DNA of 64,000 nt from Reinekea sp. (GTDB lineage: Bacteria > Pseudomonadota > Gammaproteobacteria > Pseudomonadales > Natronospirillaceae). The stretch spans positions 54,305 to 118,304 of the forward strand of contig JARRJP010000013.1 in assembly GCA_037389025.1 (NCBI GenBank). Direction: 5' to 3'. Below, piece by piece: positions 27,760 to 36,896 of the stretch. Made by a program: the position numbers and the translations under genes. Each line of letters begins with the position of its first letter. Position 1 is the first letter of the stretch. The notes beneath the pieces are model-generated. The model was not told where the DNA came from, did no database searches, and saw only the letters and a program-made list of their open reading frames with translations.

Positions 27760-28362
27760 CTATACCTTCCTAATGATAGCTTTTAACCATTTATCTTCCT
27801 TCCGGTGCGCTCGAGTGTCGATGGAAACCCAAAGTTCAACAATTTGAACACCAGGAATGTCATTTATAAACTGTTTGAACCTTTCCTCATTCATGTGAAC
27901 AAACAATCGGCCACTTTTTTCACTTATTTTGTCTTCGCTTCCATATTTATAAGAAGCGTAAAACACTCCGTCATTCTCCAAGTATGAAATAAGCTGTTTG
28001 TAAACAGATGCAAGATCTGCATAAGGAACATGCAACAGAGAGGCGCTCGCCCATATACCATCAAACTTTTGATTTCCGGGGTCATATGTATCAAACCTTT
28101 TATGCTTTACATCTACACCTGTTCGCTCTCTAGCTATGGAACACATCTCGAACGATGCATCAAAAGCATCGACGTCAAAACCTTTGGAAAGAAAAAAGTC
28201 GATGTCTCTCCCCGGCCCGCATCCTGCTTCTAAAATGGCACCACTATTTGCAATATATTTAGTGAACCTTTCCCGAGCATCGTCTACATTTTCTTCCAAA
28301 CTTCTCGATGTGAACTTGTTTGCATTCTCGTCGTAGTACTTAATTGTGTGCTCAACTAACAT
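27760..28362 (-). CDS. Class I SAM-dependent methyltransferase
   Basis: Motif I ILEAGCGPGRD, with post-I acidic residue FDVDAFDAS. 200 aa. Confidence 0.8.
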   Translation of the reverse strand: MLVEHTIKYYDENANKFTSRSLEENVDDARERFTKYIANSGAILEAGCGPGRDIDFFLSKGFDVDAFDASFEMCSIARERTGVDVKHKRFDTYDPGNQKFDGIWASASLLHVPYADLASVYKQLISYLENDGVFYASYKYGSEDKISEKSGRLFVHMNEERFKQFINDIPGVQIVELWVSIDTRAHRKEDKWLKAIIRKV

Positions 28363-28376
28363 TGCTAGCTTCCAAT

Positions 28377-29642
28377 CTAATATTTAAAAAATGGGGAATC
28401 GGCCTCTGCAAAAGGTATTAGCTCATCAAACCAGCTTGCGCTACCCGAATATTTTGATTTAAAAGGTATCTTCACTCTTGTCGAATCCCTATGCTGAATA
28501 AACTGCATTAGAAAATTCCCATTCTCGCCTGGCTCATAGTGGAGGATTTCAACCTTCCCATACTTTGTGCTCATTACCGGCCCACGAACGGTACGAGCCA
28601 GTCCGCTTGTCACCCGAATAGATTTATGAAAGATATTATATGCTTCCCAAAGCGGGACAGAGAAACAATTATTCGCTCCGGTGTCTCGTTCAACGAACAT
28701 ATAGTATGGAACAATCCCTCGATGTACCTGCGCTCTCCATAAGTTCGCCCAATTATCAGGGTTGTCATTTATGCCCTTTAATAAAGGCCCTTGGCTTCTT
28801 ATTACCGCTCCGGTGGACTGAATTGCGGCAATAGCTCTATCGGATATCTCGGTACTCATTTCTTTGGGGTGATTGTAGTGCGCCATAAAAGCCAAATGCT
28901 TACCCGAAATGGTCACCTTCCTAAACAGATTTAGAAGATCATCAGAATCAGAGTCTGTTACAAATCTTTGCGGCCAGAATGTAAGGGCTTTAGACCCGAT
29001 TCGAATATTTTCCACATGTAAAAAGTCTTTACCCAATAACGGCTCAATCATCTTTCTCAAATTACTGGTTTTCATAACCATGGGGTCACCACCGGTAATC
29101 AAGATGTCCGTTATATTTCGGTTAGCTCTTACATACTCCAGCAAGTCGGTAATTTCCTTCGACTCCATCCTCAACGGTTTATCACCAATAAATTGGGCCC
29201 ACCGAAAACAGAAAGTACAGTAGCTATGGCAAACCTGACCCGATGAAGGAAAGTAAAGAACGGTTCTTTCATATTTATGTTGCAAACCAGAAACCGGTAT
29301 TCCCCCCACTTCTGGTATATTCATTTTTAGCTGATCACCAGGGTGAGGGTTCAGCTCAGAACGTATTTCTTCTACTATTGGTCTAATGGACTCTCTTCCT
29401 AACGCTAACCCTTTCTTGATTTTCTCGTACTGCTCATTTGTGAGCATGCTTTTATTTGGAATAGTTAACCTGTATATAGGGTCATCTCTATAATTATCCC
29501 AATCAATCAATGAGTCGCAGACATACTCGTTAACACGAAAGGGCAGCACTTCAGAAACCACCTTTATTTCTTCCAGTGCTCTTTTTCCAATTTTCTTTGC
29601 TGAGTGTTCTGATGTTGTTATTATATTGCTACTTATAGACAT
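28377..29642 (-). CDS. KamA-family radical SAM enzyme (lysine 2,3-aminomutase-like)
   Basis: CHSYCTFCFRW CxxxCxxC cluster, ILITGGDPMVM, and a length and layout typical of KamA/EpmB/AblA-type PLP-dependent aminomutases. Confidence 0.8.
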   Translation of the reverse strand: MSISSNIITTSEHSAKKIGKRALEEIKVVSEVLPFRVNEYVCDSLIDWDNYRDDPIYRLTIPNKSMLTNEQYEKIKKGLALGRESIRPIVEEIRSELNPHPGDQLKMNIPEVGGIPVSGLQHKYERTVLYFPSSGQVCHSYCTFCFRWAQFIGDKPLRMESKEITDLLEYVRANRNITDILITGGDPMVMKTSNLRKMIEPLLGKDFLHVENIRIGSKALTFWPQRFVTDSDSDDLLNLFRKVTISGKHLAFMAHYNHPKEMSTEISDRAIAAIQSTGAVIRSQGPLLKGINDNPDNWANLWRAQVHRGIVPYYMFVERDTGANNCFSVPLWEAYNIFHKSIRVTSGLARTVRGPVMSTKYGKVEILHYEPGENGNFLMQFIQHRDSTRVKIPFKSKYSGSASWFDELIPFAEADSPFFKY

Positions 29643-29663
29643 GTATTTTCCGTAAATTCCCTA

Positions 29664-30650
29664 TCAAACAAGTTCATTTAGGGCTTGCTCGCACTGACGA
29701 TAATTGAATCTCGCATATTGTTTGTCTGCGCCAAAGGTTTCGCCACCTACCACCTTAAATTCTATGCCTTGGATACCTAACTTGCCGTTTTGGATTCTTT
29801 CGCCAGCTTTAAGCCACATATATTGAACAAGCAATCCAGTAACTTCATAACCCTCACCTGCAATTAGCCCGCTCACCGTGTCGAGTACTTTTTTAGATTT
29901 TTCCTTCTCGGCTTTGGCCCATTTGGAGAAATTATTCATATTCTCTGCCGCTGTAACTTGAGCAACTGAAGATACGGGGTTAAGAAATCTGCATTTAATC
30001 TCTACTAAGTTATCTATCAGAGACTTACAGGCATTTATAAACCCAACTCTTAACCCAGGCATTCCGGCCCATTTTGAAAGTGAATCAACAACTGCAACAT
30101 GGGTATCATCCACCTGCGCGGAAAACCGTTCACAGTCTCCAAAGGAATAATGAGCAAGACACTCATCAATTATCAACATACACCCGTTTTCTTTCGTCAC
30201 CGCTACTATTTTTTTCATCTCAGCACAGGAAAAGAAAAAACCTGTTGGGTTATGAGGGTTATTTACTATTAGTACCGAACATCGCTTAGAAGCGTCTTCT
30301 ATAGAACGAATGCTGGTATAAGAATACCGCTTAATATCGTAATCAAGGCCTCCAAATATCTTTGCGAACCCCGGCCAGGCGATATCTGATATAGCTACGC
30401 TTTTTTCTTTTCGTTGAAAAAATAGGGCAAGCAGCATCAGACCTTCTTTTACTCCGCTGGTGACCAACACATTATCAGTAGTTATATGGTTCGCATATTG
30501 GCTCTCAACGTAACGCGCTCTTAACTCATGCAACCCAAATTCGCAGGTGTAGTCTGCCACCGTAGAAATTTTAACTTGCGTCTTCATGAGCGCATCTGAA
30601 TATAAACCACCTCCAGCGTCCGCCAACACTGCTTTTTTCACGAGATCCAC
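29664..30650 (-). CDS. Class I/II PLP-dependent aminotransferase or decarboxylase (HisC/CobD-sized)
   Basis: VNNPHNPTG and DSLSKWAGMPGLRVGF (PLP lysine). 328 aa. Confidence 0.8.
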   Translation of the reverse strand: MDLVKKAVLADAGGGLYSDALMKTQVKISTVADYTCEFGLHELRARYVESQYANHITTDNVLVTSGVKEGLMLLALFFQRKEKSVAISDIAWPGFAKIFGGLDYDIKRYSYTSIRSIEDASKRCSVLIVNNPHNPTGFFFSCAEMKKIVAVTKENGCMLIIDECLAHYSFGDCERFSAQVDDTHVAVVDSLSKWAGMPGLRVGFINACKSLIDNLVEIKCRFLNPVSSVAQVTAAENMNNFSKWAKAEKEKSKKVLDTVSGLIAGEGYEVTGLLVQYMWLKAGERIQNGKLGIQGIEFKVVGGETFGADKQYARFNYRQCEQALNELV

Positions 30651-31678
30651 AGCCGAGTTGGTTCAGTTCCCTCAACATACACCTTGCTTCGATAGGTATA
30701 TTCCATATACTCATAGCTCTCCACATCAATATTCTTTAAATCATACCGGTTAGCTAATAACTCAATAGATTTGATATTATTTGGTGTAACGCTATATTTA
30801 TCTAGAATACTGATGGATAAATTATAAATTTGGTCACAAAAATCCAGACAATCTAGAACATACCTTTCTTTGTCTGAACTCTTCTCCATTTGATAACCAA
30901 TAAAATATATTAGCTTGAAGAAGTCACCGGAGAGCGAAGAGATATCCTGTTTTTTACTTTCTTGTAAATATGTATACATCCATTTTGGATCTACATTAGT
31001 ACAGCCATTTATATGCAAATACGCTTGCACTTGTCTCTTTAAGTTAATTTGAGATATTTCAACAGCACGATCGCGTTCCCCCTTTGATATAGCGCCAAAG
31101 ATGTCCAACAATATTGAAAAATCTGATGCCAACCAACGATAGGCAAGATAGCAGTACTTTTCTTTGGAGAATTGCGCCTGAATCTCTTTAAGCTTTCTTT
31201 CGTTTTTAATAGGAAGTGCTTCAAATATCCTATGTATAATGCTGTTTTCTCTATATTCTAGATACTTTGACAGCATTTCCAAATTACTAGTAGCGTACTC
31301 AAATAGACTCTCAACTTTATTGGCTACTTCCGCTATCGACCGGTAGCTTTTAAATTCAACATCAACTTTAATATTGGTTTCAGGTATTACCGTGTGAACC
31401 AAAAATACTTCTTCGTTCTCCACTTCCGAGATGTTGGTTGAGGTAACTATGGTTCTATTAACAGTTAACACTCTGTGGTGTTTTTCAAAATCGATTTCTT
31501 TTGCTTTAGGTAAGTTTTCTCTAAACACATAGATGTCTAGATCAGAGAATTTGTTACCTATACCTTCAATCAAGCTACTTGTGGCAATTATCAGGTCATC
31601 ATCACCAGCATAAGCATTATCCAGAATAAACTGAACTGGAACATTTACTTTACCATCTAATATTTTTATTGATTTCAT
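30638..31678 (-). CDS. Pol-beta superfamily nucleotidyltransferase with a helical C-terminal domain (paralogue of 22536-23348)
   Basis: SSLIEGIGNKFSDLDIYVF NTase motif, then VDVEFKSYRSIAEVANKVESL. 13-nt overlap with the downstream gene. Confidence 0.75.
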   Translation of the reverse strand: MKSIKILDGKVNVPVQFILDNAYAGDDDLIIATSSLIEGIGNKFSDLDIYVFRENLPKAKEIDFEKHHRVLTVNRTIVTSTNISEVENEEVFLVHTVIPETNIKVDVEFKSYRSIAEVANKVESLFEYATSNLEMLSKYLEYRENSIIHRIFEALPIKNERKLKEIQAQFSKEKYCYLAYRWLASDFSILLDIFGAISKGERDRAVEISQINLKRQVQAYLHINGCTNVDPKWMYTYLQESKKQDISSLSGDFFKLIYFIGYQMEKSSDKERYVLDCLDFCDQIYNLSISILDKYSVTPNNIKSIELLANRYDLKNIDVESYEYMEYTYRSKVYVEGTEPTRLWIS

Positions 31679-31693
31679 CTTTAGTACACATTT

Positions 31694-33058
31694 TTACACT
31701 ATGGTAGGTATTCTGGCTTCGGGTTTATACAATAGATTTTCAGCAGTCTTAATCGTCTTAACAATTCTCTCTGCCATAATGTTGAGTTCTTCTATGGTGC
31801 ATATGTAAGGTGGAGCAATTAATATGTGGTCACTCGTACCTTTCCCACTAAATCCCTCGCAGGCATAGAGTAGAATCTCGTTTTCCATTCCGATATTCTT
31901 AATAACATCAGGCATATTTATATTTTTCGAAAATGGTGTCTTATCAGACTTATTTGATACAAACTCAATAGATTGAAGAAATCCACGCCCCCTTATATCT
32001 CCCACTATCCCGCAAGAATTTAACTCCTCTTTCAATATCGAAGTTAGATACGCGCCGTTATTTTTTACCCTGCTTACCAAATCATTTTCTAGCACGTATT
32101 TCTGAGCAGCATAGCCAGCAGCACAAGACACGTTATGACCAACGTATGTACCAGCATGAATAAAACCAGATTTCATTTGTTCTATGCACACCGCAACTCG
32201 TTGACTACACAGCGTGGCCGCTAACGGCTGATACCCAGAGGCAATCGTTTTACCAACCGCAACAATGTCTGGCTGGATATTCTCAGCCTCGAATGCATAA
32301 TAATGTCCAGTTCTACCCAGGCCACACATAACCTCATCGAGAACCAATAGGATGTTGTATTTCTTGCATACTTTCGCGGTTTTCTCAAAGTAATCCTTTT
32401 CTGCCGTTACAGCTCCAGAAGTCGATCCGCCTACGGTTTCTATCAGGAAGCAGGAGATTTTCTCTGCACCAAGACGTTCTATCTCTTTTTCTAAGCTATT
32501 AATACAGTAGTCTATGTATTCGGTAGTGGTTTCAAAGGTGTCAACATTTCGATATGAGTTGCAAATTTTTATATTTTCGGAATGCCCGCTTTTTTTATCG
32601 CAAAAATATTTCTTTCTACTAAGCTGGCCACCTACTTCTAATGTTTTCAGAGAACCACCGTGATAGCTTAACTCTCGACACAGAACGATTTCTTTCTTGC
32701 CAAATCCGTTAAGTTTCCAATACTGGGCGGCCATTTTAATGGCCACTTCGATTGCCTCAGTACCTGATGGAGAAAAAACTACTCGAGAAAGCCTTCCCTT
32801 GGACTGTGTTACCAACAAGTCTGCTAGCTTTTCAGAAGCTTCCGAAGTAAAAGTTCCGGTGTGCGAAAATGGAACTTCTTTCAGCTGATTTATTGTCGCT
32901 TCGATAACAGCTTCATTGCTATAACCTAGAGATGCCACAGCTCCTGAGCAGCTATCCAAAAACCGACGGCCAGAACGATCGTTAACATATATACCACTAC
33001 TAGCAGCACAGAGGATTTTTTCAAAAGAACCCCTTTTAAGAATACTCGAGCCCATCAC
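31694..33058 (-). CDS. Class III PLP-dependent aminotransferase
   Basis: LVLDEVMCGLGRTGHYYAFE, DIVAVGKTIASG (PLP lysine) and SYHGGS. 454 aa. Confidence 0.85.
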   Translation of the reverse strand: MMGSSILKRGSFEKILCAASSGIYVNDRSGRRFLDSCSGAVASLGYSNEAVIEATINQLKEVPFSHTGTFTSEASEKLADLLVTQSKGRLSRVVFSPSGTEAIEVAIKMAAQYWKLNGFGKKEIVLCRELSYHGGSLKTLEVGGQLSRKKYFCDKKSGHSENIKICNSYRNVDTFETTTEYIDYCINSLEKEIERLGAEKISCFLIETVGGSTSGAVTAEKDYFEKTAKVCKKYNILLVLDEVMCGLGRTGHYYAFEAENIQPDIVAVGKTIASGYQPLAATLCSQRVAVCIEQMKSGFIHAGTYVGHNVSCAAGYAAQKYVLENDLVSRVKNNGAYLTSILKEELNSCGIVGDIRGRGFLQSIEFVSNKSDKTPFSKNINMPDVIKNIGMENEILLYACEGFSGKGTSDHILIAPPYICTIEELNIMAERIVKTIKTAENLLYKPEARIPTIV

Positions 33059-33069
33059 GCTTTCCTTAA

Positions 33070-33870
33070 CTAGAACCTTTCATAGTGGCGTTTTTCACAC
33101 ATTTTTTTGAATGTGTTTCTGACCAAATCACTTGCTTTGTTCACTTCGTAGTACCATTCAGGATGCCACTGCACAGCAATAACATCTCCCAGCTCAGGGT
33201 TAAGAGAAAAGGCTTCTACCACACCATCTTTACTAATGGCTTCAACTCTCAAACCAGAACCTAACTTATTGACTGCCTGTCTATGTAGGGAATTCACATC
33301 CAGTACTCTTTCAGTTTTATTCTTCTTGCTGTATTCCTGCGCAAGAATTCCGCCCTCTTGCAGGACTACTTTATGGGAATCTATGTATTTTTCTTCAAAA
33401 ACACCTGTGATGTGTACTCTGTGAGTTTCTATCTGCTCGTCCGTTGGAAGCTTTTGATACAAGGTCCCACCTAAAGCGACATTTATCTCCTGCATCCCAC
33501 GACATATTCCCATTAATGGAATTTTTTCCTCAATACACGCCAAGACCAAAGGCAAAGTGGTACTGTCTCTATCAAGGTCAATTCGGCTGAAATCAATATT
33601 TCCTTTCTCATCAAGAACTATATTTTCCTCGCCGTACTTTTTGGGCTCCACATTGGAGGGACTCCCCGTGAGAAGTACGCCATCCAACCTTTTGACAACT
33701 TCTCTTAATGTGCTGGCACGGGTTTGAGTATCTTTATACCTCCTCCCCATACAAGGAATCATAAGAGGGCTATACCCCAGACCTTTAACAATATAGTCCA
33801 GGTACTTATCAAATACTGAATGGTGGGGCGCATCCAATATTTCCACACAGCTAGATACTCCAATAATCAT
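33070..33870 (-). CDS. Peptidase C26 / gamma-glutamyl-GABA hydrolase (PuuD)-like class I glutamine amidotransferase
   Basis: Nucleophile elbow GICRGMQEINVALGGTL and the His region VQWHPEW. Confidence 0.8.
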   Translation of the reverse strand: MIIGVSSCVEILDAPHHSVFDKYLDYIVKGLGYSPLMIPCMGRRYKDTQTRASTLREVVKRLDGVLLTGSPSNVEPKKYGEENIVLDEKGNIDFSRIDLDRDSTTLPLVLACIEEKIPLMGICRGMQEINVALGGTLYQKLPTDEQIETHRVHITGVFEEKYIDSHKVVLQEGGILAQEYSKKNKTERVLDVNSLHRQAVNKLGSGLRVEAISKDGVVEAFSLNPELGDVIAVQWHPEWYYEVNKASDLVRNTFKKMCEKRHYERF

Positions 33871-33875
33871 AATTT

Positions 33876-34265
33876 TTACTCTATATTTTCAGCTTCACCT
33901 GGGTATTGGCCAAGCTCTCGTAGTTTTACGTAGTGAGGGATATCTTTAGTCGCGCGCTCAAACTCAGTATGACTAACACCAGGCATAGACAAACTTTTGG
34001 TGACACGCCCAGGAAATCTTCGCTTGTAATCTTCACGAAAGGCTTCCCAATCTGACAGTTCATTTACGGAGAAAACTCCCATCCAATCCCACTCGCCTGC
34101 CATGTTCATTGTGTGTGACCCGATGGTTTGCTTAACTTTCGGATACCAATCCTTAAAGAAGTTGTTAATTGCTTCTTGGCTCTTTGCTTCTTCTTCGGGC
34201 GTTTGTGCATAAAAAGCATCGTTATGTTTTACTAAATGAAAAATGAGGTACTTATAAGGCGCCAT
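33876..34265 (-). CDS. Hypothetical 129-aa protein, possibly a dimeric alpha+beta barrel (darcynin/Dabb-like) fold
   Basis: YLIFHLVKHND...WDWMGVFSVNELSDWEAFREDYKRRFPGR. This is only a pattern resemblance. Confidence 0.3.
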   Translation of the reverse strand: MAPYKYLIFHLVKHNDAFYAQTPEEEAKSQEAINNFFKDWYPKVKQTIGSHTMNMAGEWDWMGVFSVNELSDWEAFREDYKRRFPGRVTKSLSMPGVSHTEFERATKDIPHYVKLRELGQYPGEAENIE

Positions 34266-34277
34266 ATTTTTTACTTC

Positions 34278-35424
34278 CTATTGATTAGACAAGATTTGAA
34301 TAAGATTTCTGTATATTTCATTTTGAGCATTCAAGCTAAGATCAAATGCAGGACAAATGTGCGCATACTTTCTAACGCTATGCTTATCCCCACTTTTCTT
34401 CATTACAGATGTCCCTATATATGCCCACATATCGAAGCCCGTTAAATCAGACGCGAACTTAGCGGCCTGCTCTGAATTCATATCCAGGCGAATAGAGGTT
34501 GGGGTTACACTTATGCCAATTTTCAATAACTGCGGAAAATTCTGTCAGACCATGCGTGAATGTAAGTGGAGCTATCCCGGAAGACTGAACGGCCTCTGTA
34601 ATATCAGAAGATAAAAGAGTGCAGCTCAAGGGATGTAAACCGGAAGTCAACCCTTTGGATACAATTGAAACATCTGGTAATACCTGTTCTTCTTTTACAC
34701 CGCATGAAAGAAAAACACCATGCCTAAATGCACCTGATGCGACATCGTCTAGCACAACCAAAATTTCATGATTCCGGCAATAGGAAATAATGTCTCTTAA
34801 AACTTTACCGTCACTGTTAAACTTCCACCCTGTTGTTGGCTTTCCTTCAAGCAATAGCAATGCGGGGTAATGAATCCGCTTGCTTTCAACTAACTCTTTT
34901 AAATGATCAATAAATGTTGATCTATCTAAATTTTCATTACAGGCTAGGTATTCTTCCGATGGACATTCGTCAATGACAATCACACGCTTGTCTTTGGAAC
35001 CACCGGAAGCACGAGCCGATAGATTTCGACATAAATCTGTATTTCCATGATAACTACCTTTTCTTACAATAAAGCTTTGAATCTCTTTACCATATTTATA
35101 ATTACAGTAAACATTAGCTGCCCAGATACCAGATTCAATGGCATCAGAACCACTACTTGACCACAACATGTCTTTATATTTTTTGTTACATTGAGCAATG
35201 ACACTTTTCTGCAATTTTCTCTTCTGTTCTGACTCAAAACCAGCAGACGGAGCAATATGATTTAATACAGATTTTGAAAGCTCACAAAGCGTCTCAACAT
35301 TTGAAAAGTTTTGGGTTAATGACCCACCACTAATATCAACAAGAAACTTGCCATTCCCAAGGGAAAAATTAGAACCAATTTTTTCTTTGATATTGAGGAT
35401 ACTTTTATTCAAGTGACGTATCAT
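34278..35424 (-). pseudogene. Class III aminotransferase split by a frameshift near 34515-34530 (ORFs 34459-35424 and 34278-34526)
   Basis: The upstream ORF has LVVLDDVASGAFRHG and SIVSKGLTSG (PLP lysine). The downstream frame continues with the expected C-terminal ...HICPAFDLSLNAQNEIYRNLIQIL. The frames overlap around TTGAAAATTGG. Confidence 0.6.
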
Positions 35425-36056
35425 CAGGTACCAACCTGCAATTCTTCATCTTCTAAAAGAACCGCTTTCGTAATATCCACAATAGACACGATTGGTATAT
35501 CTAGATTTCTAGAGATACTTTCTAGTTCGGATTTTCGAGCAATAGAACCAGCAGAATTTAATATTTCACAAATCACACCAGCCCCCCCGATCCCAGCTAA
35601 ATCAAGTAAGTCTACGATCGCTTCAGTATGCCCATCTCTTACTTTCAGGCCACCTGGCTTAGCTAATAGAGTTGGAATATGACCAGGAGTACAGAATAAT
35701 TCAGGGGTGCTATCGATATCACTTAACGCCTGTATTGTCTCACTACGATCTTCTGCAGAAATACCTGAAGAACCATTGGCAAGGGAAACAGGACAACCAA
35801 AAGGAGTATCATGCACATCCTTATTATTGCTACGTAAACGTGTAATTTCAAACTTTTCTGCAAACTCACTTGGCAAAGAAACACACAAAAATCCCTTTGC
35901 AAAAGTCAACGCAAAATTCACCAATGCTGGAGTAGCATATTTTCCACTAAAAGCAAGGTCACCTTCACCCTCTCTATCATCTCGATCACGAATTATTATC
36001 GGTTTACCAGAAACCAAATAATCGATAGCCTTGTCTACTGATTTTGAATATTTCAT
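35424..36056 (-). CDS. ribB: RibB-family 3,4-dihydroxy-2-butanone-4-phosphate synthase-like enzyme
   Basis: DRDDREGEGDLAF, GISAEDR, TPGHIPTL, DGHTEA and GVICEI align with E. coli RibB catalytic motifs recalled from memory. Confidence 0.85.
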   Translation of the reverse strand: MKYSKSVDKAIDYLVSGKPIIIRDRDDREGEGDLAFSGKYATPALVNFALTFAKGFLCVSLPSEFAEKFEITRLRSNNKDVHDTPFGCPVSLANGSSGISAEDRSETIQALSDIDSTPELFCTPGHIPTLLAKPGGLKVRDGHTEAIVDLLDLAGIGGAGVICEILNSAGSIARKSELESISRNLDIPIVSIVDITKAVLLEDEELQVGT

Positions 36057-36086
36057 AATGTGTCCACACGCTAGATCATACTAGTT

Positions 36087-36317
36087 TTAGGTAACAATTA
36101 ATGCTGGAGAAAAAGTTGAATGCTGATCTTCGGGAATGCCAATTGAAGAGCCAGCCTCAGGCGCAATTGCTACTATTGCGATAGTATTCGGAACCTTATC
36201 TTTTTTTATTCTTAAGTTATTACAAATAATATTTTTTTGATTTTCGGTTAACTCAATTGTAGTTGTAGTTGCCATATTAATATCCGATTGCAGTTGTTTA
36301 TTTGTAAAAATAGCCAT
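36087..36317 (-). CDS. Small leader ORF of the island operon (62-94 aa depending on start); candidate precursor or scaffold peptide
   Basis: Open frame 36087-36371 with ATGs at 36335, 36317 and 36275. From 36275 it reads MATTTTIELTENQKNIICNNLRIKKDKVPNTIAIVAIAPEAGSSIGIPEDQHSTFSPALIVT. Ends 30 nt upstream of the ribB-like gene. No known family. Confidence 0.4.
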   Translation of the reverse strand: MAIFTNKQLQSDINMATTTTIELTENQKNIICNNLRIKKDKVPNTIAIVAIAPEAGSSIGIPEDQHSTFSPALIVT

Positions 36318-36359
36318 AACACTCGGCTGCGTCATCTTCCCGGTTGCCTGAGCTCTCTC

Positions 36360-36880
36360 TGCTGTCGGCAAAGGTTTTTTTCATGCGGCGATACAGTGTG
36401 AGCGTTTCCGCACTAATAACCACGCCTGGGTGCTTCTTCCAGTTATAATAGGTCGACTTTCATGACTTGACAAAGTGTCACAACTGGATAGTGCTCAGAC
36501 TCTCCTTTAACGAATTCAAACTTTACTTCATTTATTTCGCAAAGAAGGCACTGGTCTTTTTTAAAATATCTTTCTCCATGCACAATTCTTTATTTTCTTT
36601 ATGGAGGCGCTTGAGTTCTTCGTGTTCATCTTCGACTAAGGCAACACCTTCACGCTGAGCTTAAATTTTTCTTTTCATTTATAGAGTAAGAATCGTGCAA
36701 TGCTCAACGAATTCGCGGCTTGGGTAACGGAATAACCTTGCTATAATGCTAAAGCTTCAGCCTCTTCTTTAAATTCTTTCGTATATTGCTTGTGAGTTCG
36801 TTTCTGACTCATACTGACACCGTAACTGATTGGCGGTTATTGTCTCTCAATTAAGTGTCCGGTGCCATTAGACCACTACA
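36360..36880 (-). mobile_element. IS3-family element, 5' fragment (IRL plus degenerate orfA and start of orfB), truncated
   Basis: The minus strand from 36880 reads TGTAGTGGTCTAATGGCACC..., then MSQKRTHKQYTKEFKEEAEALAL*, several more stops, an A-rich slippery region and ...YNWKKHPGVVISAETLTLYRR. Confidence 0.7.
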
Positions 36881-36896
36881 GACTTAATTTAATAGA

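Noticed and set aside
36467-36658. Plus-strand 63-aa ORF inside the IS3 fragment
   Set aside because: It is antisense to recognisable, though degenerate, IS3 orfA/orfB sequence and has no independent support.
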